Part shown: positions 20,193 through 28,815 of the stretch, piece after piece
How the letters are laid out: each line of letters starts with the position of its first letter
How positions within the stretch are numbered: the first letter of the stretch is position 1
Assembly: GCA_900543055.1 (NCBI GenBank)
Contig: UQQI01000002.1
Location: forward strand, 1 to 63,506
Length of the DNA stretch: 63,506 bases
Origin: an uncultured Mollicutes bacterium
GTDB lineage: Bacteria; Bacillota_I; Bacilli_A; RF39; UBA660
Reading direction: 5' to 3'
The notes under the pieces: generated by a model
The model's database searches: none
What the model saw: only the letters and a program-made list of their open reading frames with translations
What the model was told of the DNA's origin: nothing
Translations under genes and position numbers: made by a program

Positions 20193-20254
20193 GGACATTC
20201 CTCCAATCAACCAATATTATAACATAGTTACACAAAAAAAAAGAAAATATATTT

Positions 20255-20563
20255 CTATTTATCTGGAATTTGCAAAATATATTCTCCATCTTTAGAATAT
20301 GAATATTTTTCCCTTGCATATCTAGCTACATAATCTGGATTTTGTAATTTTTTAGCATCTACTTGTAATTCTTCCTCTTTTTCTTTTAAACTAGTAAGTT
20401 GCTTATCAAGTTCCTTTTTCTCTTGATACTTATCAAAAATTTCAATCCAGTATCTACCAATAGAGAATGTAACGCCGAATATAACTACAAGAGATAGAAT
20501 AGCTAAAATAAAAGTCCTAAGCTTTCTCTTATTAACTTTTTTTACTTTTGTCATCACATTCAC
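20255..20563 (-). CDS. divIC: Septum-formation initiator, FtsB/DivIC family
   Basis: N-terminal TM helix, a coiled coil, and YVARYAREKYSYSKDGE. Follows yabP-yabQ, as in Bacillus. Confidence 0.6.
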   Translation of the reverse strand: MNVMTKVKKVNKRKLRTFILAILSLVVIFGVTFSIGRYWIEIFDKYQEKKELDKQLTSLKEKEEELQVDAKKLQNPDYVARYAREKYSYSKDGEYILQIPDK

Positions 20564-20646
20564 CTACCTTTTCACCTTATATTATATATCTTTTGAAAAA
20601 CTCAATCTTAGCAAATAATTAAATTTATTACTCGTTTTACATTTAT

Positions 20647-20916
20647 TTACATCTTTTTATTAAGAAAATTATAACTAATTAAAAAACCAAATATAATTAA
20701 TAAAAGAAAATATAAATGTAAAATTCCATTATTTAAATAATTTAAAATTACAAAATATAGAATAGAAATAAATAAAAACAAAGAAATATAATATAAAATT
20801 CTTAACCTATATCTTCTTAAAATCAATAATTTATAATTAACTTTAAACATAAAAAACAAAAAAACACCAAATATAAAAGAAAAAAACATACTAATAATTT
20901 GAGTAACTAAATTCAT
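20647..20916 (-). CDS. yabQ: Spore cortex biosynthesis protein YabQ-like (small three-TM protein)
   Basis: The call rests mainly on its position immediately after yabP, with overlapping stop and start. Three hydrophobic helices. Confidence 0.5.
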   Translation of the reverse strand: MNLVTQIISMFFSFIFGVFLFFMFKVNYKLLILRRYRLRILYYISLFLFISILYFVILNYLNNGILHLYFLLLIIFGFLISYNFLNKKM

Positions 20917-21206
20917 TACTTAAATAACCTATTGAAAATACCATCTTCTTCTTTCTTCTTATTCTCAACAACGTAATTAATTGAATCAATAGTTCCTTTA
21001 ATAGTAACATTTCCAGCAAGTGTATCTAATTTTATAAGTTCTAAACCTTCTCCTTTAATAACCATAAATCCCATAGTTGTTTCTAAAATAAAATGTAATT
21101 TATCAAAATTATCTATTTTTTTTACACCAGTAATTACAAGCGTTTTTCTTTCAAGTAAACTAACACTATGATTATAATTATTTATTGTAGAACTTTCCTT
21201 ATCCAT
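20916..21206 (-). CDS. yabP: Sporulation protein YabP
   Basis: HSVSLLERKTLVITGVKKIDNFD...IKGEGLELIKLD...GTIDSINY matches the YabP family pattern. Confidence 0.75.
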   Translation of the reverse strand: MDKESSTINNYNHSVSLLERKTLVITGVKKIDNFDKLHFILETTMGFMVIKGEGLELIKLDTLAGNVTIKGTIDSINYVVENKKKEEDGIFNRLFK

Positions 21207-21277
21207 ATTTGTTCCTCCTAATAATATATATGTTAAAAGGAAAAATTTTATGCAAGAAAAAAAGATGTAATCACATC

Positions 21278-21556
21278 TTATTCTTCGGTAGATGGTTCAT
21301 CTTCTGCTTTTTCGTAAGCTTCTAAAATAGCTTCTTCAAACATAGCACGAACTTCAGGATTAATTGGATGAGCGATATCGCGGTATCCTCCTGTAGCTGT
21401 TTTACGACTTGGCATTGCTATAAATAAACCGTTGTCTCCTTCAATAATACGAATATCATGTACTGCAAAACTATCATCTAATAATACAGATGCAATTCCC
21501 TTCATACGAGAACTTTCCTTATCAATTTTACGTACATTTACAGATGTAATCTTCAT
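21278..21556 (-). CDS. spoVG: Septation/regulatory protein SpoVG
   Basis: [11 protein letters not shown]...[32 protein letters not shown]. Confidence 0.95.
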   Translation of the reverse strand: MKITSVNVRKIDKESSRMKGIASVLLDDSFAVHDIRIIEGDNGLFIAMPSRKTATGGYRDIAHPINPEVRAMFEEAILEAYEKAEDEPSTEE

Positions 21557-21639
21557 ACGATTTTCCTCCCTCTTAAAGCGTTACCACTTTATAAGTTAAT
21601 TTTATAATATTATTTATTAAAATGCAATATATTTTAATT

Positions 21640-21852
21640 TTAACCAACTATTTTCAAGTTATTTATAAGTAAATCACTATAAGTAAAAGACAAAGTTCTA
21701 CCATCACAAGTACTTATAGTGAATATTGCTGGATATGCTTTGTCAATAAAACCTTCAAAAATTTCATTTTGATTTCTAGGTCCCTTATAAAAAAATTTTC
21801 TTTTTATACCAATATTTTTATAAATAATATTTTTCGCAATATTAATATTCAT
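21640..21852 (-). CDS. veg: Veg-like protein (DUF1021)
   Basis: 70 aa. AYPAIFTIS...LSFTYSDLL resembles B. subtilis Veg. Sits between yabG and spoVG. Confidence 0.65.
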   Translation of the reverse strand: MNINIAKNIIYKNIGIKRKFFYKGPRNQNEIFEGFIDKAYPAIFTISTCDGRTLSFTYSDLLINNLKIVG

Positions 21853-22628
21853 CGTGGATACCCCACATACATAGTACCATTAGTAATTATTCCTCCAATA
21901 CCATCACTACCATATTTTGTTTTCTTAATCATATTAATTAAATCAATACTTTGATTTTTATCAGATAAAGCAACACTTGACGCTATTATTGCAGGGTCTA
22001 GAGCATGAATATTTATTCTCTTAGGACTCGACGCAAAATTAGCACCTGCTTGAATTAGTTTTTCGTAATTAGATTGACAAGCACCAGCTATTATAATTAA
22101 CTTATCTTGACTCTTTTCATATTTTCTTGCTTCTTTAATAGCCGAAATAAAATTAGATGAATTTTCATAATTATTTAAATCATTTTCATCGTGTTTTTTA
22201 GAAAAATAAGCATCGTGACCAGTAACAACAACAATATCCGGTCTATATTCCTTTATAAGGTTAACAATTTTAGAGGAAACGCTTTTTTCAGACAAAGTAA
22301 TTCCATTTGCCTTAATACCCATATTTTTATAAAATTTCATACACCTATTCAAATAATCATTATCTCCATCAATATGTAATATTTTTCCAGGTATGTAAAA
22401 ATAATTATCTCTATCCATATGAATTAAAGATAAATTTCTCTTTATTATAGAATCATCGTCATTTAAAACATTATTAACTATAGTAAGATCATCTATATCA
22501 GCATCAGCATATAAACGTAAATCAACACCTTTTAAAACTACATTTTGTTGATCTATACTAATGATTCTAAAAACAATGTCATGATTATGAGAAATACGAC
22601 TTACTAAATCACCTACTTTGAATTTCAA
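21849..22628 (-). CDS. yabG: Sporulation peptidase YabG
   Basis: The N-terminal MKFKVGDLVSRISHNHDIVFRIISI is YabG-like. Located downstream of rsmA, as in Bacillus. Confidence 0.75.
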   Translation of the reverse strand: MKFKVGDLVSRISHNHDIVFRIISIDQQNVVLKGVDLRLYADADIDDLTIVNNVLNDDDSIIKRNLSLIHMDRDNYFYIPGKILHIDGDNDYLNRCMKFYKNMGIKANGITLSEKSVSSKIVNLIKEYRPDIVVVTGHDAYFSKKHDENDLNNYENSSNFISAIKEARKYEKSQDKLIIIAGACQSNYEKLIQAGANFASSPKRINIHALDPAIIASSVALSDKNQSIDLINMIKKTKYGSDGIGGIITNGTMYVGYPR

Positions 22629-22685
22629 TCAATCATCTCCCATAAATTTATATGCTAAAAAAAGAAAAATAGAATAAAAAAAGGA

Positions 22686-23486
22686 TTATCTATATAACCC
22701 ATTTGCTAAATCAATAAAAACATCTAATTGTAAATTTTCTGCTCTTATACTCAAATCATAACCATAATTATTTAAAATACTCTCAACAATATTTAAATCA
22801 TAACTTTTTAAATTGTTTTTAATTGTTTTTCTCTTAAATTGAAAAGAGTCTCTAACAATTTTTTCAAAAAAATCTAAATCAATAACTTCTCTTCTTTGCT
22901 TTTTTTCTTTAAATGATACTATTACACTATCAACTTTAGGTTCTGGTATAAACTCTCTTTTTGAAACAAAAAACTCCTTTTTTATATCATAAAAATAATT
23001 TAATAACACAGTAATCGACCCATATTCTCTAGTTCCAGGTCCAGTTGAAAATCTATCACCTACCTCTTTTTGTACCATCATTACAATTTTTTCAAAAGAT
23101 AAATGTGATTTTACCAGTTTCATAAGTATAGGTGTTGTTATATAATATGGCACATTACTAACAAAATATAATTTATTGTAATCATATTTTTCAACATCTG
23201 ATGGAATATCAGCCTCTAAAAAGTCTTGAAATAAAACATCAACATTATCAAGACCATCAAGTCTTTTAAATAACTCATCAGAAAGTTCTCTATCTATTTC
23301 ATATGCAAGAACATTCTTAGCACACAATGCAAGCTCTCTAGTCATAATTGCTCCACCTGGACCAACCTCTATAACTAAATCACTAGAATTAACACCACTT
23401 ACATCAACAATTCTTTTTACTGTATTAATATTTTTTAAAAAATTTTGTCCAAACTTCTTTTTAAATTTAACATCATACTTTTCCAT
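22686..23486 (-). CDS. rsmA: 16S rRNA (adenine1518/1519-N6)-dimethyltransferase
   Basis: ATG at 23486 after GGTGAT; the longer track ORF overlaps the upstream gene. Motifs KKFGQNFL, EVGPGGG-like and NVPYYIT are present. Confidence 0.9.
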   Translation of the reverse strand: MEKYDVKFKKKFGQNFLKNINTVKRIVDVSGVNSSDLVIEVGPGGAIMTRELALCAKNVLAYEIDRELSDELFKRLDGLDNVDVLFQDFLEADIPSDVEKYDYNKLYFVSNVPYYITTPILMKLVKSHLSFEKIVMMVQKEVGDRFSTGPGTREYGSITVLLNYFYDIKKEFFVSKREFIPEPKVDSVIVSFKEKKQRREVIDLDFFEKIVRDSFQFKRKTIKNNLKSYDLNIVESILNNYGYDLSIRAENLQLDVFIDLANGLYR

Positions 23487-23541
23487 AAAATCACCAACTG
23501 TTCCTATTATAAAACATATCAAAAGAAAAGAAAAGAATTTA

Positions 23542-24150
23542 TTAAGACTCTCTTCTCTTTGACATAAGAACAGTAATTTTAATAGTATCATATAAAATAA
23601 CTATTCCTATAGGAATTAAAAAACAATATAAGAAATTAGAAGGTTTTGATAAAAATGAATGTACATAACCTATTTTTGGAATAACAAATAAAACTTTTCC
23701 ATAAATCTGATTAGTTGCAACAGAAGCATAATCAGCAACTGGATTATTATCACCTTTTGTAGTATAAATCGAACTGTCCTTATTAACGTTCTCTTTATTT
23801 ATAACTCTATGAGTTACTGTTAACCCTTTATAATAAGTATCGCTAGATGAAAAACTTATAATATCTCCAACCTTATATTTATCATGATCAACTCTTTTTA
23901 CAATAATAGCATCATTAATATTTATTGTTGGAACCATACTTTGTGAAACTATAATATAACCATTAAATAAAGGACTTTTATAATGTGGATTATTAGAATT
24001 AATTAAAATATCTCCGAAATAAAGACAAAAAACAAAACCAAGCACAACTATAAGGCATAAAATTGCCAATAAAAATGCTCTTAAAATAAAATGTGATAAG
24101 TACTTAATTTTATCAAAAGGATTTTCTAATCTACCTTCCATCTTTATCAA
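23542..24150 (-). CDS. Signal peptidase I, SipW (archaeal/ER) type
   Basis: SQSMVPT (Ser box), VTHRV (His box), TKGDNN, and both N- and C-terminal TM helices. This is the same architecture as B. subtilis SipW. The start is uncertain (TTG 24150 or ATG 24141). Confidence 0.75.
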   Translation of the reverse strand: MIKMEGRLENPFDKIKYLSHFILRAFLLAILCLIVVLGFVFCLYFGDILINSNNPHYKSPLFNGYIIVSQSMVPTININDAIIVKRVDHDKYKVGDIISFSSSDTYYKGLTVTHRVINKENVNKDSSIYTTKGDNNPVADYASVATNQIYGKVLFVIPKIGYVHSFLSKPSNFLYCFLIPIGIVILYDTIKITVLMSKRRES

Positions 24151-24235
24151 CTTCTCCTATCATATTTTTATTATAATACTCAAAAAACCAAAAAACTATA
24201 AATAAAAATAAAAAGAAGTCAACTTTACACTTCTT

Positions 24236-24838
24236 TTATTTAGCCTTTCCATTAATATCAACTTCTACAGAATAACTACCATTTTGAACTAAACTGGTAT
24301 CAGCAAGCCAAATTCTTAATCTATAATTATCAGTACCAGACTTAATTTTCTTTGCTTTAGTAAGAACCATACTATCTTTTTCACTACCTAATACAGTTTT
24401 TTTCTTTAAACCTTCAAATTTTGTTGGACCAAATACTTTAGAATAAGTTCCATCACTTTCTTTTTCCAAGTAAACTCTTATATCACTATCCGAAATAGTA
24501 CTTTTACTTTTATCTCTTTTTATAGAAACTTCATATTCTACATACTTAGCTTCATCTAAATTAGCATCTACAGAAAAATCAAAATATGAACCTTCTGTAT
24601 TATCTTTTATTCCGATTAAATCAGAAGTTGGAATAGCATTCGATATACTTAAACCATCTATATTATCAGAATAGTTAAGTAAAATGTTTCCTCCTTCTTT
24701 TTTCTCAACAACAACTTCTTGCTTCTTATTACTAACAAGAACTATACCAACAGCAAGAACTATTATAAATATAGAACACACACATACTAAAATTATCCAA
24801 AAATTCTTTGATAATTTTTCTTTTCTTGAACTAGCCAT
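24236..24838 (-). CDS. N-terminally anchored or secreted beta-rich protein, paralogue A (200 aa)
   Basis: TAGGAGG RBS and a single N-terminal TM helix. Shares ordered motifs with the 197-aa neighbour: IPTSD..G, Y.V.IK, RVYL, YRLRIWLAD, YSVEVDI. Confidence 0.6.
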   Translation of the reverse strand: MASSRKEKLSKNFWIILVCVCSIFIIVLAVGIVLVSNKKQEVVVEKKEGGNILLNYSDNIDGLSISNAIPTSDLIGIKDNTEGSYFDFSVDANLDEAKYVEYEVSIKRDKSKSTISDSDIRVYLEKESDGTYSKVFGPTKFEGLKKKTVLGSEKDSMVLTKAKKIKSGTDNYRLRIWLADTSLVQNGSYSVEVDINGKAK

Positions 24839-24846
24839 ATTTCCTC

Positions 24847-25440
24847 CTAAATACTCCTTACATATATATCAAAAGATATACACTTATTATCATTACCTAA
24901 TGAATACAAATCAGATACCCAAGCTCTTAATTTTAATTTCATACTACTATTAGACTTAATAATACCAGAATATAAAAGTTTAGAATCTGGTAAATCATCT
25001 ATAACAGATAAAGATGAATATGTAGGTAACTTATTATTAGTAAATCCATTTAATGCATTATCATTAGAATCAGTCAAATATAAATTTACAAATTCATTTC
25101 CAATTTCATTATTACCAGAACACTTAGAATTTTTCTTTAAGTATACTTGATAATTTATATCAGTAGAATATTCATTCTTATAAGTGAATTCTTTTAATAC
25201 TTGCTTTGCATCATCAGCATCTCCTTTATATACTTTACCTAAAGCATCAGAAACTGGAAAACTACTATTCAAATAAACATTATTTGTCTCAACATAGTGT
25301 TCTTCTAAAACATATGCTCTCTTTGAATTATTTCTATTACTAGTATAAAAATATCCAAGCAACATAAAAAAAACAAATAAAAATACAATTACAATAAGTG
25401 CCAGCATAACTTGTTTTTTATCTTTAACATTCATATCCAC
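24847..25440 (-). CDS. N-terminally anchored or secreted beta-rich protein, paralogue B (197 aa)
   Basis: GTG start and an N-terminal TM helix. Motifs FPVSD..G, YQVYLKK, NLYL, LKLRAWVSD and ISFDIYV occur in the same order as in paralogue A. Confidence 0.55.
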   Translation of the reverse strand: MDMNVKDKKQVMLALIVIVFLFVFFMLLGYFYTSNRNNSKRAYVLEEHYVETNNVYLNSSFPVSDALGKVYKGDADDAKQVLKEFTYKNEYSTDINYQVYLKKNSKCSGNNEIGNEFVNLYLTDSNDNALNGFTNNKLPTYSSLSVIDDLPDSKLLYSGIIKSNSSMKLKLRAWVSDLYSLGNDNKCISFDIYVRSI

Positions 25441-25475
25441 ACCAACCTATTATTTCCTAAAGAATATCACAAAAA

Positions 25476-26234
25476 CTATTTCAAGTCAAATAAGTTATAC
25501 GTACTAGAAAGTGTATTTTCAGATACATTTTCAATAGATAAATTAAGAATTTCTGCTACTTTTTCTGCGATTAATGGTATATATTTAGAACTGTTTTTCT
25601 GTCCTCTATAAGGAACAGGTGTTAAATATGGACTATCCGTTTCTAATAAAATATTTTTAATACCAATAGCATCAACTACTTTATACAAATTACTATTTTT
25701 AAATGTAACAACTCCACCTATTCCAATTTTATATCCCATTGAAATATATACTTTAGCAGTTTCTGGACTTCCACTAAAACAATGAATATCTCCAATTACA
25801 TTAGGAAACTCTTTCAATATATTAATTGTATCTTGAGTAGCATCTCTACTATGAATAACAACAGGTAAATTTAATTTTTCAGCAAGAACCATTTGCTTTC
25901 TAAACAAATCTTGTTGCTCTAGTATATCTTCTTTTCCATAATGATAATCAAGACCAATCTCACCTATACCTACTACTTTATTAATATTAATCAATTGAGT
26001 TTCCAATAATTCTAAGTCTTTATTTGTTATAATAGAAACTTCACTAGGATGATATCCTAAAGTTAAATAAACATTCTCATACTTTTTTGATAATTCTATC
26101 GATTCTAAAATACTTTCTTTAGTACATCCAGAAATGATTATTTTTTCTATTCCTGCTTTTTTATTTTCTTCTATAATTAAATCAATATCATCATAATCTT
26201 CACAAGATAAATGACAATGTGTATCAATAAACAT
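25476..26234 (-). CDS. tatD: TatD-family metal-dependent DNase/hydrolase (YabD)
   Basis: MFIDTHCHL, GEIGLDYH, VIHSRDA and ETDSPYL motifs. Located downstream of metG. Confidence 0.9.
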   Translation of the reverse strand: MFIDTHCHLSCEDYDDIDLIIEENKKAGIEKIIISGCTKESILESIELSKKYENVYLTLGYHPSEVSIITNKDLELLETQLININKVVGIGEIGLDYHYGKEDILEQQDLFRKQMVLAEKLNLPVVIHSRDATQDTINILKEFPNVIGDIHCFSGSPETAKVYISMGYKIGIGGVVTFKNSNLYKVVDAIGIKNILLETDSPYLTPVPYRGQKNSSKYIPLIAEKVAEILNLSIENVSENTLSSTYNLFDLK

Positions 26235-26305
26235 ATTATCCCTCCAAAATAATTATACACTAAAAAGAAAAATCCTATAATGTTGATTTACATTATAGGA
26301 TAACT

Positions 26306-27826
26306 TTACTTTGTAGTATCAATTCTCATAAATAATGGAGATGGTTGACCTAAAGAATAATTGTTATCGTCCAAATAACTAAAATCTTTTTTATCATTTG
26401 ATAATTGACTAAATATTTTATCACTAGTATTAGTTAAGAATGGAGCCAAGAAAACTGCACTTACTCTAATAGCTTCTAATAAATTATATAAGACAGTTTC
26501 AAGTCTATCTTTTAGAGCATCATCCTTAGCAAGAACCCATGGAGTAGTTTCATCTATATACTTATTACTTAATCTTAATAAATTAAATATTTCAGTAATA
26601 GCATCACAAATTTGTAATTTATCCATCTTTTCAGTTACTTTACTATCTAAATTATTAATATTCATAATAAAGTCTGTATCAATATCATCATATACTTTCT
26701 TATTAGTAACTTTTCCATCAAAATATTTATTTGCCATAGAAATAGTCCTTTGAACTAAATTTCCTAAAATATTGGCAAGATCACCATTTATTCTTTCAAT
26801 TAATAAATCTTTTGAAAAAACACCATCACTTGCAAATGGAATTTCATGTAAGAAGTAATATCTAACAGCATCCACACCAAATTCATTGACTAAATCATCT
26901 GCGTATAACACATTTCCTTTTGATTTACTCATCTTACCATCACTCATTATAACCCAAGGATGTCCAAATACTTGTTTAGGTAATGGTAAATCTAAACTCA
27001 TCAAGAAACATGGCCAATAAATAGTATGAAATCTAATAATATCTTTACCAATTACATGAATGTCAGCTGGCCAATACTTCTTAAACATATCAGTTTGACT
27101 ATCTATATCATATCCAATATTAGTAATATAATTTGTCAATGCATCAAGCCAAACATAAACTACATGCTTAGGATCAAAATCGACTGGTATTCCCCAACTA
27201 AATGATGTACGTGAAACGCATAAATCTTGTAATCCAGGTTTAATAAAATTATTAATCATTTCATTTTTTCTTGCTACTGGTTGAATAAACTCAGGATGCT
27301 CTTCAATGTATTTTTCAAGTCTATCTTGATATTTACTTAATTTAAAGAAGTAAGCTTCCTCACATTTTTCTTCAACATCACGTCCACAATCAGGACATTT
27401 ACCATCTAACAATTGACTTTCTGTCCAAAAAGATTCACAAGGAGTACAATATAACCCTTTATATTCTCCTTTGTAAATATCCCCTTTGTCATACATATAT
27501 TTAAAAATATGTTGTACTACTTTCTCATGACTTTCATCTGTTGTTCTAACAAATTTATCATAACTTGTGTTCATAATATCCCAAATATTCTTAATTTCAC
27601 TTGAAACATTATCAACAAATTCCTTAGGACTTATACCTGATTCTTTTGCTTTAATCTCTATTTTCTCACCATGTTCATCAGTACCAGTTTGAAAATAAAC
27701 ATCATATCCCTTTAACCTTTTAAATCTAGCAATTGCATCAGAAAGAACTATCTCATAAGTATTTCCAATATGAGGCTTTCCTGAAGTATATGCAATAGCT
27801 GTTGAAATATAAAATTTTTCTTTCAT
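26306..27826 (-). CDS. metG: Methionyl-tRNA synthetase (short form, no C-terminal tRNA-binding domain)
   Basis: GKPHIGNTYE (HIGH), KMSKSKGN and a CPDCG zinc knuckle. 506 aa. Confidence 0.95.
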   Translation of the reverse strand: MKEKFYISTAIAYTSGKPHIGNTYEIVLSDAIARFKRLKGYDVYFQTGTDEHGEKIEIKAKESGISPKEFVDNVSSEIKNIWDIMNTSYDKFVRTTDESHEKVVQHIFKYMYDKGDIYKGEYKGLYCTPCESFWTESQLLDGKCPDCGRDVEEKCEEAYFFKLSKYQDRLEKYIEEHPEFIQPVARKNEMINNFIKPGLQDLCVSRTSFSWGIPVDFDPKHVVYVWLDALTNYITNIGYDIDSQTDMFKKYWPADIHVIGKDIIRFHTIYWPCFLMSLDLPLPKQVFGHPWVIMSDGKMSKSKGNVLYADDLVNEFGVDAVRYYFLHEIPFASDGVFSKDLLIERINGDLANILGNLVQRTISMANKYFDGKVTNKKVYDDIDTDFIMNINNLDSKVTEKMDKLQICDAITEIFNLLRLSNKYIDETTPWVLAKDDALKDRLETVLYNLLEAIRVSAVFLAPFLTNTSDKIFSQLSNDKKDFSYLDDNNYSLGQPSPLFMRIDTTK

Positions 27827-27844
27827 AATTATCCCTCCAAAAAA

Positions 27845-28065
27845 AAATTACTATAAACATAAGGACGAATAATATCGCGGTACCACCTTATTTTATAATA
27901 ATTAATATTATACACTCATATAGTTAACGCCTATCTACGTCTATACCTACATATCGATATAGAAGTTCAGAAGCCATACTTTTATAAAATAATTATACTC
28001 ATTTTCACCAACAGAGTTCTCTAAAATAATCTTTCTTATAAAGCTCTTCATCAAAACATTTAAAA
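27845..28065 (-). promoter_or_regulatory. T-box leader (Met, AUG specifier) controlling metG
   Basis: The minus strand carries AGAGA...GGTGAAA stem I motifs. There is a specifier-loop candidate AAAGUAUGGC, and the conserved T-box AAGGTGGTACCGCG (reverse complement of 27876-27889). A U-rich tract precedes the metG RBS. Confidence 0.8.
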
Positions 28066-28104
28066 TATGAAAATAATATAACATAAATATATTAAATTAA
28101 CAAG

Positions 28105-28773
28105 TTAATCATCTAAATTATCATTTAATAATCTAGAATTATTTAAAGTAAATAAATATCTTTCAGCTTGCTCCTTAGCACTATTCATCAAAGTTGTATC
28201 TTTCACTAATATCTTAATATCAACATTTTCAAGTAACTGATTTTTATATGTACTCTTAATCCACTTAGAAATATCATTAGCAATTTTAGCCTTTTTAACA
28301 TTATCAGCATCATCCATAAATATGCAATTTATTTTTTCCAAAATATATTTATCAAGTCCTGTAGCTAACTGATTTTTAATAATTTTTTTTATTTGTTTAT
28401 TTATATTACTAAAATCCTTTTCATTAATTTTAATAATATCACTATTTTTAACAAATTCAGTACTTTCAACCTTACTAGATAATTCAGATACTCTAATTGT
28501 TTTTATTTCATTACAACATTTCATAATATATTTTCTATAATTATCAAGAATTCTCTTTAATTCATCAGTATTTAAAATTATTTTATTTTTCTTTGCTAAA
28601 TCAAGAAATTTTGCCTTAATTAAATCCATAGAATCTAATGGAGGTGTCTTTAATAATGATTTAATATCTTCATCAACTAAAACATTAGTATTATTTTTGA
28701 TATTCTCTAATATTGCTTTTTTATAATTATCAATATGTTGAATCTTTATTTTTTTAAGTTCTTCTTCACTCAT
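28105..28773 (-). CDS. Hypothetical helical protein, 222 aa
   Basis: Long ORF with AGGAGG upstream. Lys/Asn/Ile-rich with no recognisable motif. Confidence 0.5.
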   Translation of the reverse strand: MSEEELKKIKIQHIDNYKKAILENIKNNTNVLVDEDIKSLLKTPPLDSMDLIKAKFLDLAKKNKIILNTDELKRILDNYRKYIMKCCNEIKTIRVSELSSKVESTEFVKNSDIIKINEKDFSNINKQIKKIIKNQLATGLDKYILEKINCIFMDDADNVKKAKIANDISKWIKSTYKNQLLENVDIKILVKDTTLMNSAKEQAERYLFTLNNSRLLNDNLDD

Positions 28774-28815
28774 TTTTATCCTCCTAGCACAATAAATTTA
28801 ACAAGTATAAAATAA

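Noticed and set aside
22686-23591. Long N-terminal extensions in several track ORFs (rsmA to 23591, rplJ to 2400, rplL to 1860, nusG to 4463, mscL to 16868, tilS to 20210, dnaX to 38838, gyrB to 44654, dnaA to 49204, rpmH from 49604, mnmE from 51741, mnmG from 53141).
   Set aside because: In each case an internal ATG, GTG or TTG with a properly spaced GGAGG-type RBS gives an N-terminus matching the conserved family start. The extensions overlap upstream genes, promoters or the RBS itself.
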